Of a stretch of 64,000 nucleotides of DNA, positions 31,027-42,318 are shown in pieces. Position numbers and translations under genes: made by a program. Positions within the stretch are counted from its first letter, which is position 1, and the number at the start of each line of letters is the position of its first letter. The stretch spans positions 416,001 through 480,000 of the forward strand of contig CAWETI010000002.1 of assembly GCA_963812015.1 (NCBI GenBank), given 5' to 3'. The notes beneath the pieces were generated by a model, which was not told where the DNA came from, searched no databases, and was given only the letters and a program-made list of their open reading frames with translations. Source of the DNA: an uncultured delta proteobacterium. Lineage in GTDB: Bacteria; Desulfobacterota; Desulfobaccia; Desulfobaccales; 0-14-0-80-60-11.

Positions 31027-33495
31027 ATGAAAGGGAAACAAAATTCTCAAGGAAAAGAAAGCATTCGCACGGGAACCAGCCCGGAGATTCTGGCCCAGGC
31101 CCTCCTGGACAACCTCTACTATGTCCAGGGGCGTCTCCCCGAACTAGCCACTAGGAACGACTGGTATATGGCCCTGGCCTATACGGTGCGTGACCGGCTG
31201 TTGCAGAGCTGGCTCGAGACCATCAGTGCCCTGGGGCGAGAGGCCAGAATCGTCAGCTACCTTTCGGCCGAATTCTTGCTGGGGCCGCAGTTGGGGAACA
31301 GCCTCATCAGTCTGGGCATCTGGAAGCCGGTCCGGGAAGCTGTGGCCCGGCAAGGGCTGAACCTGGAGGATCTCCTGGAACAGGAGGAGGAGCCTGGATT
31401 GGGCAACGGCGGCCTGGGGAGGCTGGCCGCCTGCTACCTGGACTCCCTGGCTACTCTGGAGGTTCCCGCCATTGGCTACGGCATCCGCTACGAGTTCGGC
31501 ATTTTCGACCAGGAAATCCGGGACGGCTGGCAGGTGGAGATAACGGACCAGTGGCTGGCCCTGGGCAACCCCTGGGAGCTCTGCCGCCCCGAAATCACCT
31601 ATCGGGTAGGCTGGAAGGGGCACACCGAAACCTATAGCGATGCTGCGGGATTCCAACGGGTGCGCTGGGTCCCGGGCATGATGGTTAAAGGTGTGGCCTA
31701 CGACTATCCCGTACCCGGCTATCGGACCAAGTTCACCAATCTCCTCCGCCTGTGGAAGTCGGAGGCCGTGGAGTCCTTCGACTTCCAGGACTTCAACGTG
31801 GGCGACTACTACGGCGCCGTGCAGGAGAAAGTGATCTCGGAGACGGTCACCAAGGTGCTCTACCCCAATGATGAACCGGAGGTCGGCAAGAGAATCCGAT
31901 TAGCCCAGCAGCACTTTTTCGTTTCCTGCTCCCTTCAGGACATGCTGCGCATTCACCTCTTGCGCGGCCATAGCCTGGACGCCTTCCATAAAACCTATGC
32001 GGTGCAGCTCAATGATACCCATCCGGCCATCGCCGTGGCGGAACTGATGCGGCTCCTGATGGACGAACATCACCTGCCCTGGGAGCAGGCCTGGGAGATT
32101 ACCCGGAAAACCTTGGCTTATACGAATCACACTCTGCTCCCGGAGGCCCTGGAGAAGTGGCCGCTGCCGCTCTTTGCCGAGCTCCTGCCCCGGCATCTGG
32201 AAATCATCTTTGAACTCAACCGCCGGTTTTTGGATGAGGTGCGGCTGAGGTACCCTGAGGACGAAGGTTTGGTGGAGCGAGTCTCCATCATCGAGGAAAG
32301 CGGTCCCAAATACGTGCGCATGGCGAATTTGGCCAGTCTGGGCAGCCAGACCATCAACGGCGTGGCCGCCTTGCATACCGAACTGCTGAAAACCACCGTG
32401 CTCAAAGACTTCCACACCCTCTTTCCCGAAAAGTTCTTGAACATCACCAACGGGGTAACGCCCCGGCGCTGGCTGGTGCTCAGCAATCCGAGGCTGGCGG
32501 ACCTGATCTCGAGCCGCCTCGGGGACCGGTGGGTGAGTCATCTGGAAGAGGACCTTCCCCGCCTAGAGCCTCTGGCCGATGACCTGGAATTTCACCGGGC
32601 CTGGAGAGAAGTAAAACTGGCCAACAAAGAGGAGCTGGCGGCCGTCATCCGGGAGCGCACCGGCGTGACCCTTAACCCCGACACCATGTTTGACATCCAG
32701 GTGAAGCGCCTGCACGAATACAAGCGCCAGCACCTTAACCTCTTGCACATTATTACCGTTTATAATCGCCTGAAAAAAAACCCTGATCTAGAAATCACTC
32801 CACGCACCTGTATCTTCGGTGGCAAGGCCGCGCCCGGCTACTTCATGGCCAAGCTCATCATCAAACTTATCAATGCGGTGGCGGACGTGGTCAATAACGA
32901 CCCCGACGTACGGGACCGCCTCAAGATAGTGTATTTTCCAGACTTCAACGTCAAGAACGGCCAGCGGATTTACCCCGCCGCCGACCTCTCGGAGCAGATC
33001 TCCACTGCCGGCAAAGAAGCTTCGGGTACGGGCAACATGAAGTTCGGCTTAAATGGGTCTCTCACCATCGGCACCCTGGATGGGGCTAACGTGGAGATGC
33101 GGGAGGCCGTGGGACCGGAAAATTTCTTCCTCTTCGGCCTGACCGCGCCAGAAGTATCCGACCTCAAGGCTAGGGGTTACCACTCACTGTCGTATTACGA
33201 AAACAATGATGAGCTGCGGGAAGTAATCGATCTCATCAGCTCCGGTTACTTTTCCCACGGCGATACCCGGCTTTTTCAGCCCCTGATGGCCTCGCTCCTT
33301 TACCATGATGAGTATTTGGTCCTGGCCGACTACCAGGCCTACGTTGATTGCCAGGGAGAGGTGGACCGAGCCTTTCGGGACCAAGAGCGCTGGACCCGGA
33401 TGTCCATCCTCAACGTGGCCCGCCTGGGTCGGTTTTCCTCGGACCGCGCCATCCGGGAATACTGCGAGCATATCTGGAGGGCCAAGCCATTATGA
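31027..33495 (+). CDS. glgP: Glycogen/maltodextrin phosphorylase
   Basis: GLGNGGLGRLAAC, QLNDTHP, VKRLHEYKRQ, EASGTGNMK (PLP lysine). Confidence 0.97.
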   Translation: MKGKQNSQGKESIRTGTSPEILAQALLDNLYYVQGRLPELATRNDWYMALAYTVRDRLLQSWLETISALGREARIVSYLSAEFLLGPQLGNSLISLGIWKPVREAVARQGLNLEDLLEQEEEPGLGNGGLGRLAACYLDSLATLEVPAIGYGIRYEFGIFDQEIRDGWQVEITDQWLALGNPWELCRPEITYRVGWKGHTETYSDAAGFQRVRWVPGMMVKGVAYDYPVPGYRTKFTNLLRLWKSEAVESFDFQDFNVGDYYGAVQEKVISETVTKVLYPNDEPEVGKRIRLAQQHFFVSCSLQDMLRIHLLRGHSLDAFHKTYAVQLNDTHPAIAVAELMRLLMDEHHLPWEQAWEITRKTLAYTNHTLLPEALEKWPLPLFAELLPRHLEIIFELNRRFLDEVRLRYPEDEGLVERVSIIEESGPKYVRMANLASLGSQTINGVAALHTELLKTTVLKDFHTLFPEKFLNITNGVTPRRWLVLSNPRLADLISSRLGDRWVSHLEEDLPRLEPLADDLEFHRAWREVKLANKEELAAVIRERTGVTLNPDTMFDIQVKRLHEYKRQHLNLLHIITVYNRLKKNPDLEITPRTCIFGGKAAPGYFMAKLIIKLINAVADVVNNDPDVRDRLKIVYFPDFNVKNGQRIYPAADLSEQISTAGKEASGTGNMKFGLNGSLTIGTLDGANVEMREAVGPENFFLFGLTAPEVSDLKARGYHSLSYYENNDELREVIDLISSGYFSHGDTRLFQPLMASLLYHDEYLVLADYQAYVDCQGEVDRAFRDQERWTRMSILNVARLGRFSSDRAIREYCEHIWRAKPL

Positions 33496-33740
33496 TTAAC
33501 GGGATGTCCCGATATTTGATTCTCTTCCCCCTGCTGGCCGCGGTGTGTGCCGGCTTTCTGGCAGCCTCTGACCTGGCTGGGGCGCATAAGGTCGGGGTTT
33601 CAGTAGCTCACGCTGCGACCCCCAAAGGTGTCATCGAGATCTTTACCTGGAAGGGCAAGCTCGATGCAGAGTTTCTCTCTGCCCTGAAAGGCGCCAACGC
33701 CAAGCGCATCCTGGAACTTGGCGCTGAGGCTCCGGGCTGA
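33492..33740 (+). CDS. Small hypothetical protein (possible remnant), signal peptide-like N-terminus
   Basis: ATGA overlap with the glgP stop; 82 aa. Confidence 0.35.
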   Translation: MINGMSRYLILFPLLAAVCAGFLAASDLAGAHKVGVSVAHAATPKGVIEIFTWKGKLDAEFLSALKGANAKRILELGAEAPG

Positions 33741-33764
33741 AGAGCCTGTTGAAAGGAGAATCCT

Positions 33765-34850
33765 TTGAAAATCCTGCAGAAAATATTTTATGGGCTGGCC
33801 CTGCTCTTCATCCCCCTGGCCATCATCCTCGACAAGATCAAGGGTGTTCCCCAGCCTCTGCTATTTTTTCTGGCCGCAGTGGCCATTTTCCCGCTGGCCG
33901 CGCTGCTGGTGCATGCCACCGAACAGCTGGCCACCTACACCGGGGATACCATTGGAGGGCTCCTGAACGCCACGTTCGGCAATGCCCCGGAGTTGATCAT
34001 TGCGCTGGTGGCCCTCAAGGCCGGGCTGTATGACATGGTCAAAGCTTCCATTATTGGCGCTATTTTGGCAAACATGCTCCTGGGCCTGGGGGCGGCCTTT
34101 CTTGCAGGAGGGTTGAAGCGCCACATCCAGGAGTTCAACCCGGCAGCCGCCCGCAATTACATGACGATGATGCTGCTGGCGGTTATCAGCCTGGCCATTC
34201 CCAGCACGTTCCATAACTTTGTCACCGCCGACACCATTAAGCACGAGCAGTATGTCAATCTGGCAGTGGCGGTGGTGCTGTTATCCACCTATTTCTTGAG
34301 CCTGGTCTTCATGTTGAAAACCCATCCCGAATTCTTTGAGAGCATGGGGCAGGTGGGAGAACACAGTACCGAAGCGAGGTGGAGCCTGTCCCGGGCCGTG
34401 GTCACCCTTCTCTTGACGTCGATCTTCGTGGCCTTCATGAGCGAGATCCTGGTGGGAGCGGTGGAGGAGACCGCCAAGGCCCTGGACATGTCTCAGGCCT
34501 TTATCGGCATTGTCGTGCTGGCCGTTATCGGCGGGGCCGCTGAGAGCAGTTCCGCTGTGGTCATGGGGGTGAAAAACCGCATGGACCTCAGCGTTTCCAT
34601 AGCCATCGGCAGCTCCATCCAAATTGCCCTGTTCGTGGCCCCGGTCTTGGTGCTGGCAAGTTACTTCATAGCCCCCCAGCCCCTGAACCTTGTGTTTAGC
34701 CGGGGCCTGTTGGGCGCCGTATTCTTGACCGTTTTGATCGGCATCATGGTGGCAGGAGACGGCAAAGCCAACTGGTTTAAGGGGGTGCAGTTAATCACAG
34801 TTTACGTTATCATGGCTGTCATGTTTTACTTTCTGCCTAGCTCTCACTAG
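33765..34850 (+). CDS. cax: Ca2+/H+ antiporter (CaCA/CAX)
   Basis: GGLLNATFGNAPEL and G.AAE alpha repeats, GSSIQIALFVAP. Confidence 0.93.
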   Translation: MKILQKIFYGLALLFIPLAIILDKIKGVPQPLLFFLAAVAIFPLAALLVHATEQLATYTGDTIGGLLNATFGNAPELIIALVALKAGLYDMVKASIIGAILANMLLGLGAAFLAGGLKRHIQEFNPAAARNYMTMMLLAVISLAIPSTFHNFVTADTIKHEQYVNLAVAVVLLSTYFLSLVFMLKTHPEFFESMGQVGEHSTEARWSLSRAVVTLLLTSIFVAFMSEILVGAVEETAKALDMSQAFIGIVVLAVIGGAAESSSAVVMGVKNRMDLSVSIAIGSSIQIALFVAPVLVLASYFIAPQPLNLVFSRGLLGAVFLTVLIGIMVAGDGKANWFKGVQLITVYVIMAVMFYFLPSSH

Positions 34851-35124
34851 GAGAAAGGATGTCCGAGTTCGGGCCTCATACATTTTGACCTGAATATCCG
34901 TTTCACCGGCCTGCTCCTCCTAATGGTCCGCCTGATTATGGCGATGGCGTTTTTCCATGCCCGTTTGAGGTATGATTTTAGTGGAAAGTCAGGACAGTTT
35001 GCGACAGAAGAGAATGGCAAAAGTCAGGGGGATGGTATCATGACCGTCATCTGCCCATTGTTTAGAGCCAGTTGCAATGATTGATATTCTATCCTTATAG
35101 CTATCGAGTGAAAAAACCCGGCGC

Positions 35125-35844
35125 ATGAATCCGTCAAGACTACATCCCCGGCATTTTTGGTCCGATGAAAGCGGCCTCACGGGCCTCCTTATTTTTTCCC
35201 TGGGCTATTTCATCGTCCTGAACTCCATGGGCGAGTTCTGGTTCGGCAGATTGGTGGCCCATATCTTTTTCTCTCTCATTATTGTCGCCGGGGTATTGAC
35301 CACATTCAAACAGAGGTGGTTGAGCTTTTTTGTTATCGTCCTGGCGGTCGCCAGCCTGGCCCTCAATTGGGCGGAGGAATTCCGGATAGTAGAAGGTCTG
35401 GCTGTCCTGACAACCAGTCTCAGCTTGATTTATTTGGGGATCCTGTTGGCCCTGGTAATCGCCCAAGTTTTTCGGGACGGTCCGGTGACGGCCCACCGGA
35501 TTCGTGGCGCCATCTTGATCTACCTCCTCTTAGGGGTGATGTGGGCCTTCACTTATCAGGTGGTAGCCTTGACCATCCCCCAAGCTTTCCGCCTGCCGGA
35601 AGGCCTGATCGCCGGCGAGCCGGACGCGCTCCGGCGAGAGTTGACGTACTTCAGTGTCGTCACTCTTACTACTACCGGATACGGCGATATCACGGCGGTT
35701 CACCCGGTGGCCCGCACCCTGGTTATGCTGGAGACCCTGGTGGGGCAGCTCTACCCGGCCATTGTCCTGGCTTGGCTGGTGTCTTTGGCAATTATGCACC
35801 GGAAAGAAAAACCCAGAAATTTTCAAGATCAGAAAAGGCGCTAA
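35125..35844 (+). CDS. Ion channel (Ion_trans_2, K+ channel family)
   Basis: YFSVVTLTTTGYGDI selectivity filter; GQLYPAI. Confidence 0.88.
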   Translation: MNPSRLHPRHFWSDESGLTGLLIFSLGYFIVLNSMGEFWFGRLVAHIFFSLIIVAGVLTTFKQRWLSFFVIVLAVASLALNWAEEFRIVEGLAVLTTSLSLIYLGILLALVIAQVFRDGPVTAHRIRGAILIYLLLGVMWAFTYQVVALTIPQAFRLPEGLIAGEPDALRRELTYFSVVTLTTTGYGDITAVHPVARTLVMLETLVGQLYPAIVLAWLVSLAIMHRKEKPRNFQDQKRR

Positions 35845-35921
35845 TGAATGGAGTCTTCTTTGACGGCGATAATCCCTGGGGCTTTTTAATAAATGTATTT
35901 CTGAGATCGAGGTTTCTGCTT

Positions 35922-37124
35922 ATGAATCCGCACCGTAATGATTGGCTTCCCCGAATATTGGCTCTGGCTCCTGTGGTGGCGGCAGCCTGCTTATCTGCGT
36001 TTCTCCTAACGGGCTGCGGCGAACAGAAGGCGGCCGGGCCGGCCGCGCCCCCCGTGGAAATCGTGGAGGTGGTCGTCAAAGACGTGCCCATCGTGCGGGA
36101 GTGGGTGGGCACCACCGACGGCCTGGTGAACGCCAAAATCAACGCCCAGGTCCAGGGGTACCTCATCAAGCAAAATTATCAGGAAGGCTCTTTCGTCAAG
36201 AAGGGACAGGTCCTTTTTGAGATCGACCCCCGGCCCTTCCAGGCGGCCCTGGAGCAGGCCAAAGGCGAGTTGGCCAAGGACGAAGGGGTTCTCTACACGA
36301 ATAACGCCAATCTGGAAAAAATTCGGCCCCTGGCCGCAGTGAACGCGGTGAGCCGAAAAGACCTGGATGACGCCATCGGGCGGGAAGCTTCGGCCCGTGC
36401 CGCGGTGCTGGCCGCCAAGGCGGCGGTGCGCAAAACCGAAATCGATCTCAGCTTCACCAGGATCACCTCCCCCATCGACGGCATCGCCGGCATCTCTAAG
36501 GCCCAACTGGGAGATTTGGTGGGGAACTCGGGAAGTCCGGAGCTGACCACCGTATCCACGGTGGATCCCATTAAAGTGTTCATTCCCCTCAGCGAGCAGG
36601 AATATATGCGCTTTACCCAGACGGCAGAGGCCAGAGGGAAAACCGAGCCGGAAGGACCCACCCTTGAATTGGTCCTGGCCGACGGCAAGGTTTTTCCCTA
36701 TAAGGGCAAAGTTTACTTTGCTGACCGCCAGGTGGACGAGCGCACCGGCACCATCAAAGTGGCCACTCTCTTTCCCAATCCCGGCAATCTTCTGCGCCCC
36801 GGGCAGTTCGCCAAAATCCGGGCGTTGATCGAGACTCAGAAAGGGGCGTTGCTGGTCCCCCAGCGGGCAGTTAATGAGTTGCAGGGCAGGTTCCAGGTGG
36901 CCGTGGTCGGTCCGGACAACAAGGTGGATCTCCGCTGGGTCAAGGTGGGCGAACGCACCGGCTCCTTGTGGGTGATCGACGAGGGTCTTAAACCAGGGGA
37001 GCGCGTAATTGTGGAAGGCATCCAAAAGGTCAAAGCCGGTATGCCAGTCACCCCTAAGCCATTTCAGGAAGGACCGCCAGCCAGCACTGGGCCAACTCCA
37101 ACCGCTGAGAAACAGCCGAGGTAA
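35922..37124 (+). CDS. RND efflux periplasmic adaptor (AcrA-like lipoprotein)
   Basis: LLTGC lipobox, GQVLFEIDPRPFQA, LLRPGQF; start 35844 or 35922. Confidence 0.9.
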   Translation: MNPHRNDWLPRILALAPVVAAACLSAFLLTGCGEQKAAGPAAPPVEIVEVVVKDVPIVREWVGTTDGLVNAKINAQVQGYLIKQNYQEGSFVKKGQVLFEIDPRPFQAALEQAKGELAKDEGVLYTNNANLEKIRPLAAVNAVSRKDLDDAIGREASARAAVLAAKAAVRKTEIDLSFTRITSPIDGIAGISKAQLGDLVGNSGSPELTTVSTVDPIKVFIPLSEQEYMRFTQTAEARGKTEPEGPTLELVLADGKVFPYKGKVYFADRQVDERTGTIKVATLFPNPGNLLRPGQFAKIRALIETQKGALLVPQRAVNELQGRFQVAVVGPDNKVDLRWVKVGERTGSLWVIDEGLKPGERVIVEGIQKVKAGMPVTPKPFQEGPPASTGPTPTAEKQPR

Positions 37125-37130
37125 TGGGTC

Positions 37131-40100
37131 ATGGCGCGATTCTTCATCAACCGCCCCATCGTGGCCATCGTCATCGCCATCGTCATGGTGATCGTGGGGG
37201 TGGTGGCGCTCCTGGGCCTGCCCATTTCCCAATACCCTAACATCGTCCCGCCGGAAATCTTCATCAACACCACCTATGTGGGCGCCGACGCCCAGACGGT
37301 GGAGCAGTCCGTGGCCACGCCCATCGAGCAGGAGATGAGCGGCGTGGACAACATGAACTACATGTACTCTTTGAACGCCAACAATGGCGAGTTGAAGATG
37401 TACGTGAACTTTGATGTCAAAACCGACCCCAACATCGACCAGGTGCTGACCCAGATGCGGGAGAGCCAGGCCGAAGCCAAGTTGCCGGCGGACGTGCGCA
37501 ATTACGGCGTCACCGTCAAAAAGTCCACGGCCGCGCCCCTGATGGTGGTGGACCTCATTTCTCCAAAGGGCACCTATGACGCCACTTTCCTGGCCAATTA
37601 TGCCTATATCAACTTGAACGACCAGATGACCCGGGTGGCCGGCATCGCCAGTGTCACCGTCTTTGGGGCCGGCCAATATGCCATGCGCTTCTGGGTCAAG
37701 CCCGACCAATTGGCCAAGCTCAATATCACCATCCCGGAGATTGTCGACGCCATTCAGAAACAGAATACCGTGAACCCCTCCGGCCAGGTGGGGGCGGAGC
37801 CGGCCCCCAAAGGCCAGGAATACACCTACGCCATCCGCTCCCAGGGCCGGCTGGAGAGTCCGGAGGAGTTTGAAAAGATAGTCCTCCGGGCCAATCCCGA
37901 CGGGTCGCTGGTCCGCCTGAAAGACGTGGCCCGCATCGAACTGGGGTCCCAGACGTATGCCCTCCAAGGGCGTTTAAATGGCAAGGCTGGCGCGGTCCTG
38001 GCCCTCTACCAGCTCCCGGGCACCAATGCCATCCAGGCGGTGGATGGGGTAAAAAAACTCATGGAGCAGGCCAAGAAGTCCTTTCCGCCGGATATGGACT
38101 ACGTCATTGCCCTGGATACCACCCAGGCGGTGCGGGAAGGCTTAAAAGAGATCGTCAAAACCCTCTATGAAGCCCTCATTCTCGTCATCCTCGTGGTCTT
38201 CATCTTCCTCCAGGGCTGGCGGTCCACCCTCATCCCGGCGCTGGCAGTGCCCGTCTCCCTGGTGGGCACCTTCGCGTTTTTCCCCATTCTGGGCTTCTCC
38301 CTCAATACCATTGCCCTTATGGGGTTGGTCCTGGCCATCGGCATCGTGGTGGACGACGCCATCGTGGTGGTGGAGGCCGTGGAGCATCACATCGACCAGG
38401 GCATGACGCCCAAAGAGGCCACCCTGAAGGCCATGGAGGAGGTCACCGGGCCGGTGGTGGCCACGACCCTGTCTTTGGCCGCAGTCTTCATTCCCACCAT
38501 CTTCATTCCCGGCATCACCGGACGGCTTTATCAGCAGTTTGCCATCACCATCGCCGTCTCCGTCATCATTTCCTCCTTCAATGCCCTGACTCTGACCCCA
38601 GCCCTGTCGGCCCTGCTTCTCAAGCCTAAAAAGGAATCCCGGGGCCCGTTGAGCCGCTTCTACCGGTGGTTCAATGACGCCTTCGGCCGCACCACCAACG
38701 GCTATGTCAGCTGGTGCGGGGGTTTTATCAGGAAGGCGGGGATGAGCCTCCTCTTTCTGGCCCTGGTGGCGGGGCTCGCCGGCCTTTTGGGGGGGAGACT
38801 GCCCGGCGGTTTCCTCCCGGAAGAGGACCAGGGCTATATGTATGCCGGGGTTCAGTTGCCCGACGCCTCCTCCCTGCAACGCACCAGCGAAGTCTGCCGC
38901 CAGATCGAGGAAATCATGAACAACACCCCGGGGATAGAGTACGTCACCACCGTGGTGGGCATGAACATGCTAAGCGGCGTCACCAACACCTATAGCGGTT
39001 TTTTCTTTGTTACCCTGAAGCCTTGGCACGAACGAAACAAGCCGGAGGAGAAATACGAAGCCATCATGGCCAGCCTCAACCAGAGATTGAGTAAACTTCC
39101 CCAAGGGATTGCCTTTGCCTTCTCGCCCCCGGCCATCCCGGGCATCGGCACTGCCGGCGGGGTCACCTTCATCCTCGAGGATCGCGCCGGCAAAGATGTC
39201 AAGTTTCTCTGGGAGAACACCCAGAAGTTCCTGGCCGCCGCGCAGAAACGCCCGGAAGTCTCCAGGGTCACCACCACCTTCATCCCCACGGTGCCCCAAA
39301 TCTTCGTCAAAGTGGACCGGGATAAGGTGCTCAAGCAAGGGGTGGACATCGGCGAGGTCTACCGAGTCCTGCAGGCCTTCATGGGCGGCTACTTCGTCAA
39401 TTACTTCAACCGGTTCGGCCGCCAGTGGCAGGTATACGTCCAGGCCGAGGGGGAATACCGGGCCGCAGCCGAACAGCTAGGCCAGTTCTATGTGCGCAAC
39501 AAGAACGGCGACTCCGTGCCCTTGAGCGCCCTCACCAGTTTGGAACAGCGCTCCGGGCCGGAGTTTACTATGCGCTACAATCTCTACCGCTCCGTTCAGA
39601 TCAATGCCGTCACCGCCCCCGGGTACAGTTCCACCCAGGGGATGAAGGCCCTGGAGGAAGTCTTCAAAGAGACCATGCCCGCTGAAATGGGCTACGATTA
39701 TCTGGGTATGTCCTATCAGGAGAAGAAGGCCCAGGAAGGCGTGCCCGCCTGGGTCATCTTCGCCCTGTCGATATTGTTTGTATTCTTGATCCTGGCGGCC
39801 CAGTACGAAAGCTGGTCCCTCCCCTTCAGCGTGCTTTTGGGTACTCCAGTTGCGGTCTGTGGGGCCTTTTTGGCGATATTCCTGCGGGGTATGGAGCTTA
39901 ACCTCTATGCTCAGATCGGCTTGATCCTGCTCATAGGCCTGGCGGCGAAAAACGCCATCCTTATCGTCGAGTTCGCCAAGGTGGAATACGAGAAAGGCAA
40001 GGGTTTCGCCGATGCGGCCCTGGAGGGGGCGCGCCTCCGGCTCCGCCCCATTCTCATGACGAGCTTCGCCTTTATCCTGGGGTGTATACCTCTGGCCCTG

Positions 40101-40304
40101 GCCTCGGGCTCCGGGGCCATCGCCCGGAAAGTCATGGGCACCGCGGTGATTGGCGGCATGGCTGCGGCAACAGTCATCGCCATCTTCCTTATCCCGGTGA
40201 CCTTCTATGTGGTGGAAAAATTTTCTCACCGCAAAGGCAAGGAACCCCCCAAGCCTGGCGCTGCCCTGGCCGATCCCCCCGGCGATCAAGGAGAAAAGTC
40301 ATGA
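37131..40304 (+). CDS. HAE1-family RND permease (AcrB-like)
   Basis: [44 protein letters not shown]. Confidence 0.95.
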   Translation: MARFFINRPIVAIVIAIVMVIVGVVALLGLPISQYPNIVPPEIFINTTYVGADAQTVEQSVATPIEQEMSGVDNMNYMYSLNANNGELKMYVNFDVKTDPNIDQVLTQMRESQAEAKLPADVRNYGVTVKKSTAAPLMVVDLISPKGTYDATFLANYAYINLNDQMTRVAGIASVTVFGAGQYAMRFWVKPDQLAKLNITIPEIVDAIQKQNTVNPSGQVGAEPAPKGQEYTYAIRSQGRLESPEEFEKIVLRANPDGSLVRLKDVARIELGSQTYALQGRLNGKAGAVLALYQLPGTNAIQAVDGVKKLMEQAKKSFPPDMDYVIALDTTQAVREGLKEIVKTLYEALILVILVVFIFLQGWRSTLIPALAVPVSLVGTFAFFPILGFSLNTIALMGLVLAIGIVVDDAIVVVEAVEHHIDQGMTPKEATLKAMEEVTGPVVATTLSLAAVFIPTIFIPGITGRLYQQFAITIAVSVIISSFNALTLTPALSALLLKPKKESRGPLSRFYRWFNDAFGRTTNGYVSWCGGFIRKAGMSLLFLALVAGLAGLLGGRLPGGFLPEEDQGYMYAGVQLPDASSLQRTSEVCRQIEEIMNNTPGIEYVTTVVGMNMLSGVTNTYSGFFFVTLKPWHERNKPEEKYEAIMASLNQRLSKLPQGIAFAFSPPAIPGIGTAGGVTFILEDRAGKDVKFLWENTQKFLAAAQKRPEVSRVTTTFIPTVPQIFVKVDRDKVLKQGVDIGEVYRVLQAFMGGYFVNYFNRFGRQWQVYVQAEGEYRAAAEQLGQFYVRNKNGDSVPLSALTSLEQRSGPEFTMRYNLYRSVQINAVTAPGYSSTQGMKALEEVFKETMPAEMGYDYLGMSYQEKKAQEGVPAWVIFALSILFVFLILAAQYESWSLPFSVLLGTPVAVCGAFLAIFLRGMELNLYAQIGLILLIGLAAKNAILIVEFAKVEYEKGKGFADAALEGARLRLRPILMTSFAFILGCIPLALASGSGAIARKVMGTAVIGGMAAATVIAIFLIPVTFYVVEKFSHRKGKEPPKPGAALADPPGDQGEKS

Positions 40305-41752
40305 GGGCCTTCCTGTCCATCCTTCTGACCTTCTTGCTGCTTTACGGCTGCGCCGTCGGCCCGGACTACCAGCGGCCCGCATATCCGGTGCCGGAAAATT
40401 TCCGGGGCCAAGGGCCGGATATCCCCACGCAGCCGGCCGAAGTTTCCTTCGGGGATCTGAAGTGGTTTGAGGTTTTCAAGGACGAGAAGCTCCAGGAGCT
40501 GATCAAGATCGCCCTCCAGGAAAACTACGACGTGCAGATCGCGGCCCAGCGGGTCCTCCAGGCCCGGGAGCAGGTGACCATCCAGCGGTCTTTTCTCTTT
40601 CCCTCGGTGAATGCCAATTACCAGACGGAGACCGCCCGCACATCCACCCGGGGCTTCACGCCGTTCAATGTCACCCTGAGGGAGCGCATGGCCGGCATAG
40701 TCTTCGGCGACCTCTCCTGGGAGATCGACTTCTTCGGTCGCATCCGCCGGGCTACCGAAGCCGCCCGGGCCGAGTTTTTCGCCTCCGAAGAGAATCGCAA
40801 TTTCGTCATCCAGACTCTGGTGACCGACCTGGCCCGGGCCTATATCGAGCTCAGGGCTCTGGACCAGCAGCTTGAAATCAGCCACCGCACAGTCAAGACC
40901 CGTGAAGAGTCCCTTAAGCTGGTAAAAGCCCGCTTCGACTATGGTTGGGATTCCCAGACCCCCGTGCTTATGACGGAAAATCTGGTATATGGGGCCCGGG
41001 CTGTGGTTCCCGACCTGAAGCGGGCTATCGAACAGAAAGAAAACCAGATCAGCATTTTGCTGGGGCGGAACCCGGGACCCATCAGCCGGGGTAAATCTCT
41101 GCTGGAGCAGGATTTAACCGTTACCGTCCCTCCAGGACTGACTTCAACCCTTTTGGAGCGGCGCCCCGACATCCGCTTTGCCGAACAGACCCTGGTGGCG
41201 GCCAACGCCCGCATCGGCGAAGCAAAGGCGCTGCTCTTTCCTAATATCAGGATTACCGGGGCCTCCGGCTGGGAGTCTGCGGCTCTGAAAAGCCTGTTCA
41301 CCGGGCCGGCCAATTTCTGGGATATTGTGGCGCCGGGAATAACCCAGCCCATCTTTAATGCGGGTCGGCTCCGGGCCGGGGTCCGGACGGCGGAGGCCGT
41401 GACACAGGAAGCCCTTCTTACCTACAAAAAGTCCATTCAGCAAGCCTTCCAGGAAGTGTCCGACTCCCTCGTGGGGGTCCGTATGCTTAAGGAAGTGCGC
41501 CTCGAATCAGGGAAACAGGTTAAAGCCTTGAGCCAGCAAACCGATCTGGCCTATCAGCGATATTATGGGGGAGTAACTCCTTACCTGGAAGTTCTGGATT
41601 CAGACCGGCAGTTATTTGAGTCCGAGCTCAAGTTAACCCAGGACCGCGCCAACGAGCTCCTGGCCGTCATCGCTCTCTACCGGGCCCTGGGAGGCGGCTG
41701 GCAAACTCAGGATGACCCTGGCACATCGCAGCGCTTAACTATATCCAAGTAA
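40301..41752 (+). CDS. NodT/OprM-family outer membrane efflux lipoprotein
   Basis: [11 protein letters not shown] lipobox, [21 protein letters not shown]. Confidence 0.92.
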   Translation: MRAFLSILLTFLLLYGCAVGPDYQRPAYPVPENFRGQGPDIPTQPAEVSFGDLKWFEVFKDEKLQELIKIALQENYDVQIAAQRVLQAREQVTIQRSFLFPSVNANYQTETARTSTRGFTPFNVTLRERMAGIVFGDLSWEIDFFGRIRRATEAARAEFFASEENRNFVIQTLVTDLARAYIELRALDQQLEISHRTVKTREESLKLVKARFDYGWDSQTPVLMTENLVYGARAVVPDLKRAIEQKENQISILLGRNPGPISRGKSLLEQDLTVTVPPGLTSTLLERRPDIRFAEQTLVAANARIGEAKALLFPNIRITGASGWESAALKSLFTGPANFWDIVAPGITQPIFNAGRLRAGVRTAEAVTQEALLTYKKSIQQAFQEVSDSLVGVRMLKEVRLESGKQVKALSQQTDLAYQRYYGGVTPYLEVLDSDRQLFESELKLTQDRANELLAVIALYRALGGGWQTQDDPGTSQRLTISK

Positions 41753-41837
41753 AAGAAGTAAACTGTGCCTTAGGAAAATTTTGGCATTTTTCCCCGGATG
41801 TCATTCTCTGCCCTAAATCAACTACCCATCATATTGA

Positions 41838-42120
41838 TGGAAGTGCTTTGATATCCATATCATATCTCCACACGAACTATCTCTGCAGCTGAAGTCACCC
41901 AGGTAAGAGGCCCTGAAACGACCCCAAAAGGCTTAAAGAACCCCTACCCTTACTCTGACCATTAGTCGGCTGGCTTGCGTTGAAATTTGGCTCGATAAAA
42001 GGACCGTACGTTGCTGTTTTTGGCCATCGCCGCCATCAACCTGAACGCCTCCTGGCCTTATACCGTCAGAAGCTAGAAAAAATAATGCAGCCAACCTAAA
42101 GGGGACCAGGTTTAGTGTGG
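41838..42120 (+). repeat. Island repeat family, copy A
   Basis: First about 125 bp match 52377-52499; 41908-42120 match 48018-48231, ending in a 32-bp identity. Confidence 0.85.
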
Positions 42121-42318
42121 CTGGCCTTCATCTCCTCTTTGGGAATGTTGTAACCCCAATTGGTGATCTTCCGGACCTGCCGATCCTCAAAAAGCGCTTA
42201 ACATATGTGAATTATTGCTTTTTACTAATACGGTTATCCCCCATATGGCGACGGGCCTGAAGAGTGTCTATCTTTGTAAAGCAAGACGTGATCTCCTAAG
42301 TCATATCCGGAGAATCCC

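Noticed and set aside
35316..35843. N-terminal extension of the RND adaptor (602-aa call); likewise track starts 40082, 17988, 62081, 47586 and 24234
   Set aside because: They overlap upstream genes or lack an RBS; lipobox, RBS or motif positions support later starts
42010..42075. Repeat read as a peptide (LAIAAINLNA) from a transposase C-terminus
   Set aside because: Stops and indels differ between copies and there is no start or upstream transposase; not fully excluded without blastx
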